Assembly (NCBI RefSeq): GCF_023055435.1
Contig: NW_025963791.1
Coordinates: 29,326,001 to 29,390,000 of the forward strand
Direction: 5' to 3'
DNA from: Haliotis rufescens
Lineage: Eukaryota
Length of the DNA stretch: 64,000 nucleotides
The position numbers were made by a program, and so were the translations under genes. The notes below the pieces were generated by a model, which made no database searches, was not told the DNA's origin, and saw nothing but the letters and a program-made list of their open reading frames with translations. This document shows, in pieces, positions 39,071 to 52,400 of the stretch (the first letter of the stretch is position 1; each line of letters starts with the position of its first letter).

Positions 39071-39306
39071 GCGACGTTTCAATGTTGATGCCACGCTTTA
39101 ATTGAAGCGACGTTTAGGTGTAAGTTCTAACATCGTCATCAGACACATTAATTCAAGCTATGTCCAAGTCTATTTTGTAACAACGATTTCAGGCACCTTA
39201 ATTGAAGCGAGGTCTCAGTGTTAATTTATGTGAAGGTTGTCATGACGTTATCGAATTTTAATGGCAACGACCTTTCAATGCCGGTTCAAACAACGTCTTT
39301 AAGCAC
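39071..39306 (-). ncRNA. Degenerate tandem array of minimal hammerhead-like units (best copy 39107-39146)
   Basis: The minus strand reads GU-CUGAUGA-C-GAUGU/ACACC-uAAA-CGUC-GC. Flanking partial copies share TTAATTGAAGCGA, GCGACGTTTC and CAGGCAC. Confidence 0.55.
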
Positions 39307-39939
39307 CACACCGAAGCGTTACTACTGAAACAGTATTAAAAATCGTCACTAATATGGCATACGTAACATATCCCAACGTCACACAAAGATCATGTTGCCT
39401 ATTATTGTATACAGTTTTGGCATTTCGTAATTAACTTCGTTGTACAATCCAATACTGTTTGTATAGTGTTTTAAAAACAGCACTTGACGTCAAGTATTTA
39501 GGAAATGTTGTCTAGCTTGACAAATAGTTCATTCGATATATGAAAAAAGGTACATTTAGTTGATTGATTCCATCGCATTTATCATGCAGTTGTAAAGGGT
39601 CTGCAACAGGCTGTCATTTTTAATACAAATACCAAGCATCACATTACAGTGATTACATTGTGCAAATCAACAAATATATTTTTGCAAACAACATATTGCA
39701 TCCGGAACGGGAACATAAGGTATGAGTATTTTTCAATTAAACATACCTATGTTCATACATTAGTTGAATGTTTGACAATCACTATAGTAAACTTGTCTCT
39801 CGGGAAAACTGTGATAGGATACAGCTCACGGAGATGACACTGGTTCGGGCGTAATGTATCGTATCGAAATATTTACAGGATATGAAGTTATTGCATCTCG
39901 ACGCGGTGTTACAGCATTAATTCGGGGTACTAACTTATA

Positions 39940-40078
39940 TCCCATGCGGAATCGGGTTAGAGTAGGTCCTCAGTGGTTGTATCAATAACAATCACTGGTT
40001 TATCTGGTCCAGACTGAACAATTTACAGTTCGCTTCCTTGCATAGCTGGAATATTGCTGACCCCAGCGTTACAAATAA
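39940..40078 (+). mobile_element. Family C retroposon, internally deleted
   Basis: TCGGGTTAGAGTAGGTCCTCAG...ATCACTGGTTTATCTGGTCCAGAC...ATAGCTGGAATATTGCTGA. Confidence 0.7.
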
Positions 40079-41073
40079 CCGTGATACAAACTGAATCCGT
40101 ATAGTTCTTTATGCATTCACTTCACAATAGTCATTAGTGATATAGAACTAATACATAAAGCAAATGAAATACCAGTGATTATGAGTTGGCTTTGGTCATA
40201 GGTCAGGTTCTCCATTGTTAATAGGTATATTTATGTGCATGACGTGTTTCTGTGTGCTTTATGTGTGGTGTTAACATCCGTTTTTCACATTGCCCCCTGT
40301 ACCTCATATGGCTTTCGGAGTACAAGTGAGACTTGGTATTTGGGCCTCATTTAAATACGCATCGTTTCTGGCATTTCAATGACAGGCATTATATGTACTG
40401 GTTTCACTGTCTGACTGTAAAATATAAACTTGTGTTCCTACATTTGACATTACCTATCACACTTATTGAAATACCTGAAATCGAATTATTTTAATATGAC
40501 TTCAGCACCTCTCATGTCATAATCGTTATCAAACAATGCATGTTTGACTATATTACATCGGCCTCATCACAAATTGAACAATATCCTATAGTAAACAACA
40601 TTAGAGCGCCGCTGAGCCGATTGTGTCTCTGACTCGGAATGTATGATTCACGCAGTGCACTAATTTCTTTATCATAGGGATGTTTTTTTCTCAAACGATT
40701 GCTTTATGTGGTGACCATATGTAGTGACTTCTTACTCACCTGGGCTTTTACAATGTCATCAACTCATCTTGGTATTATCTGTTACTCACGACAGTGTGCC
40801 AATGGCATATCTGGCCTATTCATTGCCGTAACACCTTACTTGCTAAACATGACATTCTTAGGAGACATCATACATATAACAGATATATTTTGAGAGAGAT
40901 ATAACTATGTCCAATGTTCGGAAAGTTGTGGAATGTGACAGGTCCAATTTCATTTTGACGTTGACGTAAATCATGGTTGCTGCCGGCAGCACGGTATCTG
41001 ATCATCAGTTTCGTGAACACCTGTTCTTAACATTATGAGGTTGAAACGAAAATGAACATCATTTTGACCGAAC

Positions 41074-42400
41074 GGGGCAGCATATCCTCACCATGTCACG
41101 AACACCTGGTATCATCACTTATTGACAATGATTCATATTATAAAAGTGACAAAACTCTTCCATATTCATAAGAAATCTCTGCTGAAAGCAGGGTCGATTG
41201 TACGATTTCGACTTCATCGTGAGCATATGGCTATGAATCACTGCCACATTGTGATGATACTAGGTGTTCGCAAATAGGTTAGCGCATACTGCCCCATCTT
41301 TTTGAAATCTTGGTAGAAATAGCATGCACAATTGTACCTCAAAAGTTGTGAAATGTAAACACCCAAGGCTGGAGCTGCATTAATATTGCTCGACAATAAA
41401 GGAAACTTGGCCATTGGAAAGTTGAAGTCACCGCCTTGACATTCAATCGTATGGAGGGTGTCACTCTGTATGCATAAATCTAAATATGAAGAAGATGAGG
41501 CAGCCTCGCTGGGCTTCTTTATTTCTAGTTCAGGTGGGCAAATCAGTGGAAGGGGCTTGGCTATTTGATGGCTATTGAACGATATCAGATCATCAATATA
41601 CCTGATGCTTAAATCAGACTTTTTGGCCAAATTACCTTCTTTTGATTTTGCATGAAGGAACAGACCCACAAGAAGGTGCGCACAAATTGTGCCCATAGGG
41701 ATTTCTATATCGTGCCTAAATGTCTTAGTCCCAAATCTTACACAGATGTTATCATGAGCAAGTCCGGTATTCAAATATTGGTGAACCTCTGAAGATAGTG
41801 TGCAACTGTATCGACGGTCACCACGTTTTGTAACAACGGACCCGTGGATCAAGGAATGAAGCTTTCACTCCAGTTTGTCACTTGGGGTAGTGTTGTACAA
41901 AAATGAAAAATCAAATGTTTTGACATAAATTGACTGGGTTCTTGTCTTAGCGTCAAGCACATCCTTTGAGCTTTTGAGAATCCGCTTAATGGTCTTAATC
42001 GCCACTTGTCACTCCACTTGAAATATTTCCTTGATTGCATTAATGAGTATGGGTAATGTTTTTGAGACAGGGATTTTGTGGTACACTTGCTGTATCCAGC
42101 ACTATAACTATCATTTTACAGGTTTGTATGGAGCTTGTATGGAGTCAAGTCAAAAGTTGACTGCATGGCATTGGCAGTTTCTTCCTCAGTTTATATACTA
42201 GCCGTATATGTGGCATCAGTTGACATGTTACGTCTACCAAATACGTATACAAATAATTTAGTGATCCTTACATATAAGGTTATGTTGTTTGATGCCTTGT
42301 CAATGGGAACAGCTACAAACCTGTATTGTTGGGCAACCAGGCTTTTGATGACAGGTGGCTCGGTTAATTCCAATTCTGGTTCCTCTTTTCCATTGTGTAC
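41074..42400 (-). mobile_element. Penelope-like (Naiad-like) RT relic with inverted duplicate of its 3' end
   Basis: FVAVPIDKASNN (ORF 42191-42373); IPMGTICAHLLVGLFL, IRYIDDLISFN and DFNFPMAKFPLLSSNINAAPALGVYISQLLRY (ORF 41238-41852). 41074-41136 is the reverse complement of 41232-41295. Confidence 0.88.
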
Positions 42401-42596
42401 ATTCTACCATTGACCTAACCCACTCTTAAAGATATTAAACACGTTCTTTGTTTTTTGGCTCATTTCGGGGCATTTGCTTCGATAGCATATACAGTGATTT
42501 TAATGTTGTGACCCCAATTGGAAGGAGACTGCTCACGATATTTTGGTCAATATTAAAATAACTGACGAAGGTTGTTATTGTCAACAACAGAGAAGT

Positions 42597-42858
42597 TGGT
42601 TGGTTGGTTGATTTGTTGTTTTACGCCGCACTCAGCAATATTCCAGCTATATGACGGCGGTCTGTGATATAATCCAGTCTGGACCAGACAATCCAGTGAT
42701 TGACATCATGAGCATCGATCCACGCTATTGGGATCGATGACAAGCATCAAACAAGTCAGCGAGCCTAACCACCCGATCCCTGACATTACAAGCATAGTCG
42801 CCTTTTACGGCAAGCATGGGTTGCTGAAGACCTATTCTACCCCGGAATCTTCACGGGT
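42597..42858 (-). mobile_element. Family C retroposon, full length with TSD
   Basis: Direct repeat AACAGAGAAGT at both flanks; 5' end ACCCGTGAAGA. Confidence 0.92.
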
Positions 42859-45199
42859 AACAGAGAAGTCATCTGTGATTAAAGGATCTGAGGTTGGTAG
42901 TAGTATGATGATTCTTGGTAGCCACATGTAGTGGAATTTACATCATGACCTGTCATGTTCACGTTCTACAACACGTTCCTATAATTGAACAGCCTGGATG
43001 AAATGATGTACGGAGTGGAAAATTAGTGGCGGTTCCTGAAATTATAAATATTGGGGGACGTTTTTGGAAACTGATTTTTGAAAGAGAATGTTACTTAAAT
43101 TTAAGGCATCGATTCCCTTTCCAAATATCAAATTCAAGAACATTCTACCTTTGTCTGATCTTGTGGAATATGTTTCCGCTGATGATGCTTATGATATACG
43201 CTTATGAAATATTCGGAATCGCACAATGGATTCAAATTTTAGAAGAAATTTCTTCTTTTATGGAATGTTTTATGGTCATACGTGTACATTCATATTACTT
43301 GGACCTAGATCCTGTTGAGATGACATCCCTAGGGCATTTCATAACATTACGATTAGTAATGAGCTTAACATATACAATTGTCCAATCCATCTACGATATG
43401 GAATCGATGTCAGACATCCCGGATTAATTCATATCTGTATTTGCGTTCGCGATATAATACATGAACAAACAAACAGTGGTAAACGTCATGTTTTGTGCAT
43501 GCAACGGCTGGGGATGGGGTGGGGAAGAGCCTATATACACTTATGTCTGTCACTACTCTGAACTCACCTTTGGACCTCCATTAGCCTCGATGGACAATCT
43601 ACGTTGGCCCATGTATGTTGACATGAGGTCAATACAATTGTGGATTATACGAGACGATATATACAGAATACATAAATGGATGAAATATCATAGTTATTGA
43701 GGTCTATTTTTATACTGATGTGACAACCTCTCGCATATGTGAAAGGGTAATGCACGCAAATTCTGTTTGGTTTTGATTTAGTAGCAATGTAAATATGACT
43801 ATAGTATTACAATTTAAATATCGCACTGTGTCCATGAATACATCGCATACCGATATTCCAATTTCCATCAATATGCGGTCATATTACTACAAGAGAAATA
43901 CAATTTTGTCACGTTTCGATGTTAACACACACATATATATTTCATGTCTGACATTATTCATCCTTTATCTTTCCTTCAGTTTGTCATTGATATATTCTCA
44001 GATCGTACTTGTCAGCATTTCCAAACAAACCCAGACCCAGTACGGTTGACCTACTAGTCAGAGTAATTGTATGCGCATAAGGTAGATGATATGCATGCAT
44101 TCATTATACAAATGTAATACAATCCGACATATGCTGTGCCACGAGAGATTAAACTGGTCGTGTTGACATCATACATCAGGGCTATCTGTTTCATTCTAAT
44201 TCCAGGGCGTAATGCTGAAAGCACATTATTAATGAAATTAATGAATCCAGATATGTTTTTTTAAAAATTGAAAACTATGACCCTTTTTTGAACATATGGA
44301 AGCATGTAAGGGTCGTCTGCCTTTTTTTTTCTTTTTTTTTATAAATTTCTAAATTCTATGAATTTCAAGATAATGCCTTACCTTGGAATACATATGTGTC
44401 GTGTACATGTTTTGTTAGTTCACTTAATTACACTGGCGACGGCAAGTTGTGAACAAGTAGTATTTGTGACTAAATGTCAACTTAGTATCTTGAAATTTCA
44501 AGTAGTATCTATAAATAAAAACAAATAAAAAAGGAAATAACAGGTATTTTTGGGGTCGGACAATTTGTCTGTTTCAACAGTCGGAATAACAATGCCTTTC
44601 AAGAAATATCCACCCACCCTAACATTATCAAATGGTTTGTCCCGTATGCATATCTATTGCAAGTGTTAGAATAAGACTAATACTTTCGTTTCTTTTACTA
44701 TTTACTATTAAAATTATTTGTTTAGATTAAATAACAGATGCATGACTCCTTTATGTTACCGGTGATTTGGACGATGCTTTGGCACATGTACACGTGCTAC
44801 AATTTCTCTATAGCACATTGCTCAATGAAGAATAATAGATACAAGCAATTATCTGTACGTGCATGCCCGTTGTAATAAGCTGTCCTTTAGAATCAGACTA
44901 CTTATCGGTGATTAGAGACCTTGATTGTTACCACGTGTGTGTAGCCTATGTCATCCCCATGCATCGTTCTCGGGAATTCACAGCTTAGTTACTCTACGCA
45001 CAGTCATACATGTAGGTCAATTTGGTTTGGGAAGAAAACATAGTACATCATAAAAAAATAGATGGAGATGAACAGCTGTTGAGACGATAACCTAAGATTC
45101 CGATTATCATCGCTATGTAACTTTGCAAGTGGCGTTCATGGGAAGCCGCATGGTTATTGTCTGTCGCGTCTCCTGCCAGGCTTCTTGCATCATATAAGA

Positions 45200-45365
45200 G
45201 TGAGTGAGTGAGTGAGGTTTTACGCCGCTTTTAGCAATATTCCAGCAATATCACGGCGGGGGACACCAGAAATGGGCTTCACACATTGTACCCATGTCGG
45301 GAATCGAACCCGGGTCTTCGGCGTGACGAGCTAACGCTTTAACCACCAGGCTACCCGACCGCCCC
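45200..45365 (-). mobile_element. SINE family B, full length with TSD
   Basis: Direct repeat GCATCATATAAGA at both flanks. Confidence 0.93.
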
Positions 45366-45621
45366 GCATCATATAAGAACACTGTGAATAACAGAACTTT
45401 ATGGATAACAACTTCTGATTTAGTTGTATGTTTTGTTATTTAAATATTACTCTCCAAATTCTAGAATTCCAATTAAACAGTTACACTGTGAATAATTTTT
45501 GGTGTCCCCATCCGTGAAACTTCTGGCATATTGTTTTACGTGGCGTCAAACCCAAATATAACCTCAGTCACAATATATACAGGGTGTGCTCCTTGGTATC
45601 ATATTTAATTATTGTTAATAA

Positions 45622-45751
45622 AGGGGTCGGGTAGCCAAATGGATGGTGGCCATGCCATATTGGCACAATGTGGGATACCCAGTGTGGTGTCTCCAGCCGT
45701 GATTTTGCCAGAGCGTTAATAAAAGTGCCATAAATTCCCACTCACTCACTC
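45622..45751 (+). mobile_element. SINE family B, degenerate
   Basis: GGGGTCGGGTAGCC...CAATGTG...GGTGTCTCCAGCCGTGAT...CACTCACTCACTC. Confidence 0.65.
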
Positions 45752-45764
45752 TTAAGTATATCAA

Positions 45765-45966
45765 CCGCTTCCGTGGACTAGTAGATAGAGCGTCTGCCCT
45801 GAGAGCGACATGTTACAAGAGAGAGAGAAAGATGTTAACAAATGGTACTTGTTGTTACCCTGCCTACCGCTCGGAATTATGGGAATAAGACAAGGATGTC
45901 GGATATCCAAGTTAATCAGCGGCATGGTATCTCAGTGGGCCAGCACGATGAAACCGGCATTCATCT

Positions 45967-46017
<51 letters not shown>

Positions 46018-46080
46018 GAATACACCCTGGTAATACCAATGCATCTCTGCATGTTTTCGTAAGTAGTGAAATAAAATGAG
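45765..46080 (+). mobile_element. SINE family D-related (Meta-like) copy with internal (CA)n at 45969-46016
   Basis: CCGCTTCCGTGGACTAGTAGATAGAGCGTC...AAATGGTACTTGTTGTTACCCTGCC...GCTCGG...ACAAGGA. Confidence 0.72.
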
Positions 46081-47379
46081 GGTTGATTTAACCTACAACA
46101 ACCAGAGTATGTTTTGCATGGAAGCACTGAATGTATTACATTGGCTACACGATGTGGTAACATTATGTGGAAGTGCGTCTGTTTTTGTTACCTAGTATTT
46201 ATACAATCATGTTATCTGCTAAGTACAGTTTTGCAACGTCTTATGTCACTGTACTAGACAATTGCATGGCTTATCATTTCATTGTAATCAAAACATACTA
46301 GACAAGGGTAGTGGCATGGATTCAAATTATCGCCACCATGTATGATGGCAATAAATCAGCTGCGTCTGGTACGTACATATTGTATTCACTGAGGTGTCAG
46401 CCTTTCCCAAAGACATATTATGTAGGTATTATTATTGTACAGGTACATGTACACACGTCGTCGATCTTTACTGTTCATTTCGCGTGAGATACCAAAGGAC
46501 ATAACTCTTAGCTGGAATTAGATATCTGTCTAATCCGGACTGCTGTCGAAACTGGACGTAAATCCTGATGCCACGCAGGTCGGATTTAGACATATTCCAC
46601 TCAAACGCCTTTCCATCTATACAATTTCAAATGCCCCAAACTTCTAAATACCTGAGAAACACTACTGTCTCGGTCACCAAAGTATCTATACTATTTATAG
46701 CATACACTTATAATTGATTGGGTAGTCACGATATGTCTGAAATACTGGCGATGTGACTTTAAATTTAAACTCACTCACAATAATTGCTTGGGAAGATCCA
46801 TCGTATATGCAGCTACCAAGAGACCAATTTTGTAAGTGACGTTCTAAGTTGGCTAATTACACACATTATGACCCCGGTCATGGACTGACCCTGCAATCTG
46901 CAACAGACAGAATTAATCACTCAGAAGGAGTCTCTTAATTCCTCATGGGACAGTGGCTCTTGTATATGGTATTTAGGTATATGTTATTTGATTCAACTGT
47001 ATATATCACCGTATTATATATGTTAGACATGAGAACAAATAAATTGCAGGCCGAAAGAAAGTATACATCTATGTTTGAAACAAACACAACATGGTTGTTA
47101 GATAGTGATGTATTTGATAGGAGCATCACATTTGTGATTTGGACCTCAAGCTTGCAGTGTTACGGCGACTGTTTTTAACCGTGTAACGTTTAAATAACGT
47201 TAATAATGTCTTGGCCAAAACCAAATTTCAAGTGTATGCCTTCTCTGGCACGGGGTTTATCATCACACTAGCCTAAATATCAGGGAGTCAGTCAGTCTTT
47301 ATTCATGGTACTGATGAGTCAAAAGGCCTATAGTACATTGTCTGGGGCGTGTTACAAATTCATACATTTTCTTAGTTTC

Positions 47380-48310
47380 ATAGCATGATAAATAAACATC
47401 GATACATTTCTCATAGATTCTGTACAATCACATATAATTGATTTACAAAGAATTGTTGTGGTAGAAATAGTTATTTAGATATTTTGCTCTTAAATCATTA
47501 TACACTGGACATACACATAAAATGTGATATTCATCTTCAATACAATCAGTTTTATAAATCCAACAAAGTCTATGTTCTTTTGCAATACCTATACATCTGC
47601 CTGTTACAATTGATAGATCACGCGAGGCACACGGATACGATATCCACATTTTTTAAAAACTACAACTTTGGTTTTATCCATATTTACAGTAAGTTTCGAC
47701 CTGTCACAAGAACTCTCTAATACATGTATTTGCTTTTGCTAGCCAGGTATTGTGCTCGAGAACATGACTATATAATCAGCGAAAAGAAGCAGAAATAATT
47801 TAATAGTTTCGGGATGTAGTTGTATTTCATCACTGCAGTTATTTTGGATATGATATGCTTATTCACTGATTATGAAAAAGGAAAATAGAAAGGGACGTAA
47901 TATACACCCTTGTCGTACACAAATGCTACTTAAAAAAATATCCGATCTAGCGCCATTGTTCCGGACACACAACGTCATATTGTTATGTATAGAACACAAT
48001 AACTTAAAGAGGGACCAGAGTCAAAAGCTTTTGCAAAATCTACAAATACAGCATATAACTTCCCTCCTTTTACTGATAGATATCTCTCTATTATAGAATA
48101 TAGGATAATAGCATTGTCAGTGGTGGAAGATCCCTTTCTTAAATCTGCTTGTGACTCACTTATTTTATCATAAGAATCCGCCCAGAAAACAAGTCTCTTA
48201 TTGATAATTGAAGTAAATATTTTACTGAATTTACTGAGGAGAGTTATGCCTTAATAATTATTAACATAGCTGGTTGCGCCCTGTTTGTGAAGAGGAACAC
48301 CAGGGAGTCA
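47380..48310 (-). mobile_element. Non-LTR retrotransposon (LINE) ORF2 relic
   Basis: C-terminal LSIVTGR...CIEDEYHILCVCPVYNDLR (CCHC-like region). Upstream RT fragments GITLLSKFSKIFTSIINKRL and VRQGCILRPFLFSFFI. Clade not determined. Confidence 0.82.
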
Positions 48311-48384
48311 AGTTATAGTTTATGTACCTACAGTCTGAACATGAACGTTTTCTTTAGTATTTGACCAAACTCCATTTGTAATAT

Positions 48385-48535
48385 GTTGCTATTCTACTGT
48401 GATCTCTGATATGATACCATGGCGATTGCAGCTGCTATGACCTCAGATATGTTGCCATGGTTATTGCCGATACGGTGACTGATATGTTACCATTGTGATT
48501 GCTGATACTGTTACCTCTGATATGTTACCACTGTA
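48385..48535. repeat. Degenerate minisatellite (GATATGTTACCATGG / TTGCTGATAC units)
   Basis: GATATG(A/T)T(A/G)CCA recurs about four times at 35-40 bp spacing. Confidence 0.7.
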
Positions 48536-49459
48536 CATGCAGAAACGGGGACATCAGTGTACTTTGGTAGCTGAAGACCACTAATGAAATAAACACGACT
48601 GGCACTGTGCGAACATGGATACTAAAAACTGTAATGACATCAGAATTCTGCTTTAAGCTAAGACTCATTTGTTTGAAAACAGGAATGAGTTGTAACTTAA
48701 ACACCACTTTGCAATGAAAAGGGTTTTTTAAAGTTTGATAACAGACCGATTTGACAAAATGTGCTTGTCGACAACGGGATTAGACCCAACAAAGTTCGAA
48801 ACGAAGGCTAATGAATGTAGTCGTCTGCCACGGAAGAATTTCTGTCGATGTGGAGTTCACACCCTTGCTCACAATAAGCCCGTCACCATGTGCAAGTGAT
48901 TGATAAACATGCTCGCGTTTGTCCTAAAGCAACTGTTTACTTGTCCAACCCAAATCGTGAGATAAAAGTGTGGAAGGCTCGCAGAAGAAAATTGCATCAC
49001 CCAGATCTCTTTCACATGACGCTTTGGTATTATTCGTGATTATCTTCTTAAATACTGTCATTAACACAATGTTGTTAAACTATGATAAGTGCCGACTAAT
49101 GGATAGATTAGGTTCGGTCCTATTCGTTTGAAATGCTTAATATTGACAATTTCTAACCATTTCAACAATTAGCAACAGGGTACTAACCAATCCTTATACC
49201 ACTGAAAGTGTGTAAGTGAGCTCGGTTAGATGTGGCTTTAGGCAGTATTATGTTGAGTAACAGCTAAATGTGACGCATGTAGCAAACTTCATCACTTTGA
49301 TAGAAACTCCCAAGTGATCGTGATCAAAACTTGGGATTCAAACTGAATTGTGTAACGACGGAATGCAGCTCTGAGCAGCAAATGTTCACGTTCACGGTAC
49401 TTAATTCCACCTAATAGATGTCAGTGAATGTGTTGTATTTGCTCAAACTATCAAAGATG

Positions 49460-50900
49460 CAGTTGGACATTACAACCCACTCACCATGCATGTCTGTACT
49501 AAATGGTCCCATATCAATCCGTACAAAGAGAGATATGGTGCTTGGTCCAGCCAATGTACACACAAACCCTTTTCTCAAAGATTAACAATACTTCTTACTA
49601 CAATCAATGAAGGACTTTCGACATATTCACAGAATGCACGTAAGACATATGGAACGACCATGTGGATTGTAAAAAAACTCAAAGGATTATTTGCTTGAAT
49701 TTTCGCAATCTCAGAAAGAGCAAGTTCAATTACTGTTATGTCAAAAGATTTGATTTTCAGCTTTGTACACCACTATCCCAAACGACGAACGTTAGCAAAA
49801 ACTCCATTCTTTGATCCATGGGGCATTTTTCACTAATCGTGGGGACCATATAGTTATATCACTATATTCAAAGGTTCAGGGCCATTTGTCAAAAGTGAAA
49901 GCAAATATCATCTGAAGTTTACTGAGAAACAATATGTGCAATGCTGGACTTCCTCGTAGATGACATCAATATGAAATCTGTAGATAGGCTATTTAGGCAC
50001 GATTTAGGTACATCCACGGGCATTAATTATGCTCTCTTTCTTGCTGATCTGTTTCCTTGTGCACTCGTGTCAGAATGATGTTCAGACTGGCAAGGGATTA
50101 AGCTTCAGGTATATCGATGATCTGATATCGTTCAACAATGGTCAAATAGCCAATTTCCCCCTTCCACTGATTTATCCACCTGAGCTGGAAATAATAGAGA
50201 CCAGGTGAACCGCCTCAACATTTTTATATTTAGAAATATATATAAAGCTTCGAGTGTCGATGTTTATGTCGAGCAATATTCAAGCAGATCCAGTCTTTGC
50301 TGTCTGCTATTCACAAAGTTTGAATTACAATATCCACCTGAACCAGAAATATAGGAGACTAGTGAGACTGCCTCATCTGTGTCATATTTAGATCCATTTA
50401 GATCCCCACAATATGTATGACAAGAGGGATGACTTCAACTGTCCAATTATTAACTTTCCTTTTATGTCGAGTAATATTCCTGCAGCTTCAACCTTCGTTG
50501 TTTACATTTCATAACTTTTAAGTTAAGTGCATGCTCTTTCGACGAAGATTTCAAACAGCATCAAACGACTCTTGCTCAAAACTTGCTAGATCATATCATT
50601 TCAAAAGCTTTATTGGTTGGCATGTGGAGGACATTTACAAATTTGACGCATCAGTGATACAAATGATGTCCGTTGCAACTCCTTATTTTGACTTGTACGT
50701 ATGCTCCCGTGACTGACTTACCTTTGCATGTGTTTTTGAAGGGTGCCACCGGTGGAGCGGAAAACGCGCCCCTTTTTCCGAAAACTTGTTGTCATCAGTA
50801 TTTGAGAGTGATTCATAAACGCATGCTCATGATACATGTCGAAATCGTAAATCTACTCTGCCTTAGCAGAGATTTCTTGTGATTACAAAAATGTGTCAGT
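49460..50900 (+). mobile_element. Penelope-like (Naiad-like) RT relic with internal duplication
   Basis: HINPYKERY...TKPFSQRLTILLT-like segment, MWIVK, FDF, LYTTIP, FRYIDDLISFNN, YDKRDDFN and SNIPAA. CCACCTGA...ATAGAGAC segment is duplicated (50176 / 50334). The 3' UTR matches 640-790. Confidence 0.85.
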
Positions 50901-51007
50901 CGCTTCTATTTATGTAAATTAAAGCATTGATCGCATAGGTGATTATTGCATATTTATTAAGTTGTTATTGTCACTGATGACCCATGAATCCATCTGCTTC
51001 TGGAGGC

Positions 51008-51130
51008 AGTGAGGGGGCTTTACACCGCTCTTAGCAATGACGAGGGGCACCAGACATGGGCTTCATACATTGTATCCATGCTATGAATCGAAACCTACAG
51101 TGTGACGAACGACCGCTGTAACCATAGGTT
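51008..51130 (-). mobile_element. SINE family B, degenerate
   Basis: TTTACACCGCTCTTAGCAAT...GGGCTTCATACATTGTATCCATG...GAATCGAA...GTGACGAACG. Confidence 0.7.
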
Positions 51131-51662
51131 TTTCAGGAGCCAAGTGCATAGTGATCTCGACTTTCACACGGTGGTATCTTGGTACAGTGGATCGTTAACA
51201 GATTCGCGAACACCTGGTGTCGTCGTGTTCGGATTTTATATGGTCCTTAAATGACTGATTGATGTCGAAACTATTTTGTTCAGAGTCTGTTGTTTGTTCA
51301 TGTTACGAAGATAGGGATAATGTTTTATGTACCTTAACCACATAACGTTCGATAAAGTACTCCAATAAAACACTGACCATTAAAGTTTGTTTGTCCTCAA
51401 AACGTGGCGCCAAAGTTAATATCTGTCAATTCTGAGAGCAGCACAACCAAAGGGTGTGTCGTGTTTCCTTTGATTACAGTTTTAACATGAGCACCCAACA
51501 ACGTGATGGTACTTCTCACTTCCGTCGTGTCCCCATCCATTGTACAGTGACAATTGACACATTTCCAAACATCACAGCTTCTTCAATTCAGTACTGGTTA
51601 CAGTGTATTCCTCACATCTGCAATGTTTATTGTCACCAGTGATTTTCTTTTCCTTACTTATA

Positions 51663-51810
51663 CAGTAAATTACGTTTATAACGAACACGCTTATAACGAA
51701 CTGACCGAGATAACAAACTTGTTTTTTGGTCCCGACCAACTGCTGTAAATTTGCTAAAATTATACTAAATTTTGTGGTCCCTTTGAGTTCGTTATAACCG
51801 TAGCTTACTG
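51663..51810. mobile_element. TA-flanked MITE, 148 bp
   Basis: TIR CAGTAAATTACGTTTATAACGAAC...GTTCGTTATAACCGTAGCTTACTG with TA on both sides. Confidence 0.85.
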
Positions 51811-52364
51811 TATTGTAATTCATGTTTAATGTACTTGGCAAACTATCTGTAGTAAAAGGAATAATGGTAGGTGGTGTGTTCGCTGTGATCACTAGTAATG
51901 TGTTGGATCCCCAGCACTGTACCCATCGTAGAAATATGAAGAGGATCGGAAGGCCATCCAAAGTGTATAATATGCAAACAAATTTTTTCTAACTCGTCCA
52001 GCTGAAATATTGCTGAGGGCGGTGTTCAACAACAAACAAAACAAAAGACTTTAGAAATAGATTAGAAGCAAGAAATACGCACAATATCCCCGTATATGAC
52101 AAGGATGAGTTGATTGTATGTATATCATAATACTCCTAATCAATGTACATTTATACCATAGCGGAGTCTCCACTGAATTCCGGGTAATGATGGAACTTGT
52201 TTCTGGGATGAATATTCGACGTTTAACCTAGTAGTTCAAAGACCGCTTAATAACATACTGCTATTCGGAGATCCAGAGTAAGTAAGTACTATTAATCTCC
52301 ATTGTAATACAACATAAATGATTATCTAAATATAAGCATTTTGATATTTGGTGGTGTGGTGGTG

Positions 52365-52366
<2 letters not shown>

Positions 52367-52399
<33 letters not shown>
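52367..52399. repeat. (GT)n microsatellite
   Basis: Seen directly. Confidence 0.95.

Positions 52400-52400
<1 letters not shown>

Noticed and set aside
41238-41852. Selenoprotein-type recoding in the Naiad-like RT
   Set aside because: The copies are too decayed, with mixed stop types and frameshifts, and I could not identify a SECIS.
43026-43427. 133-aa hydrophobic ORF
   Set aside because: Non-ATG start, composition typical of AT-rich non-coding DNA, and no recognisable family or splice support.
47380-48310. This LINE relic as the partner of the four SINE families
   Set aside because: I could not find the shared CGCCG/CGGCG tail at its 3' end.
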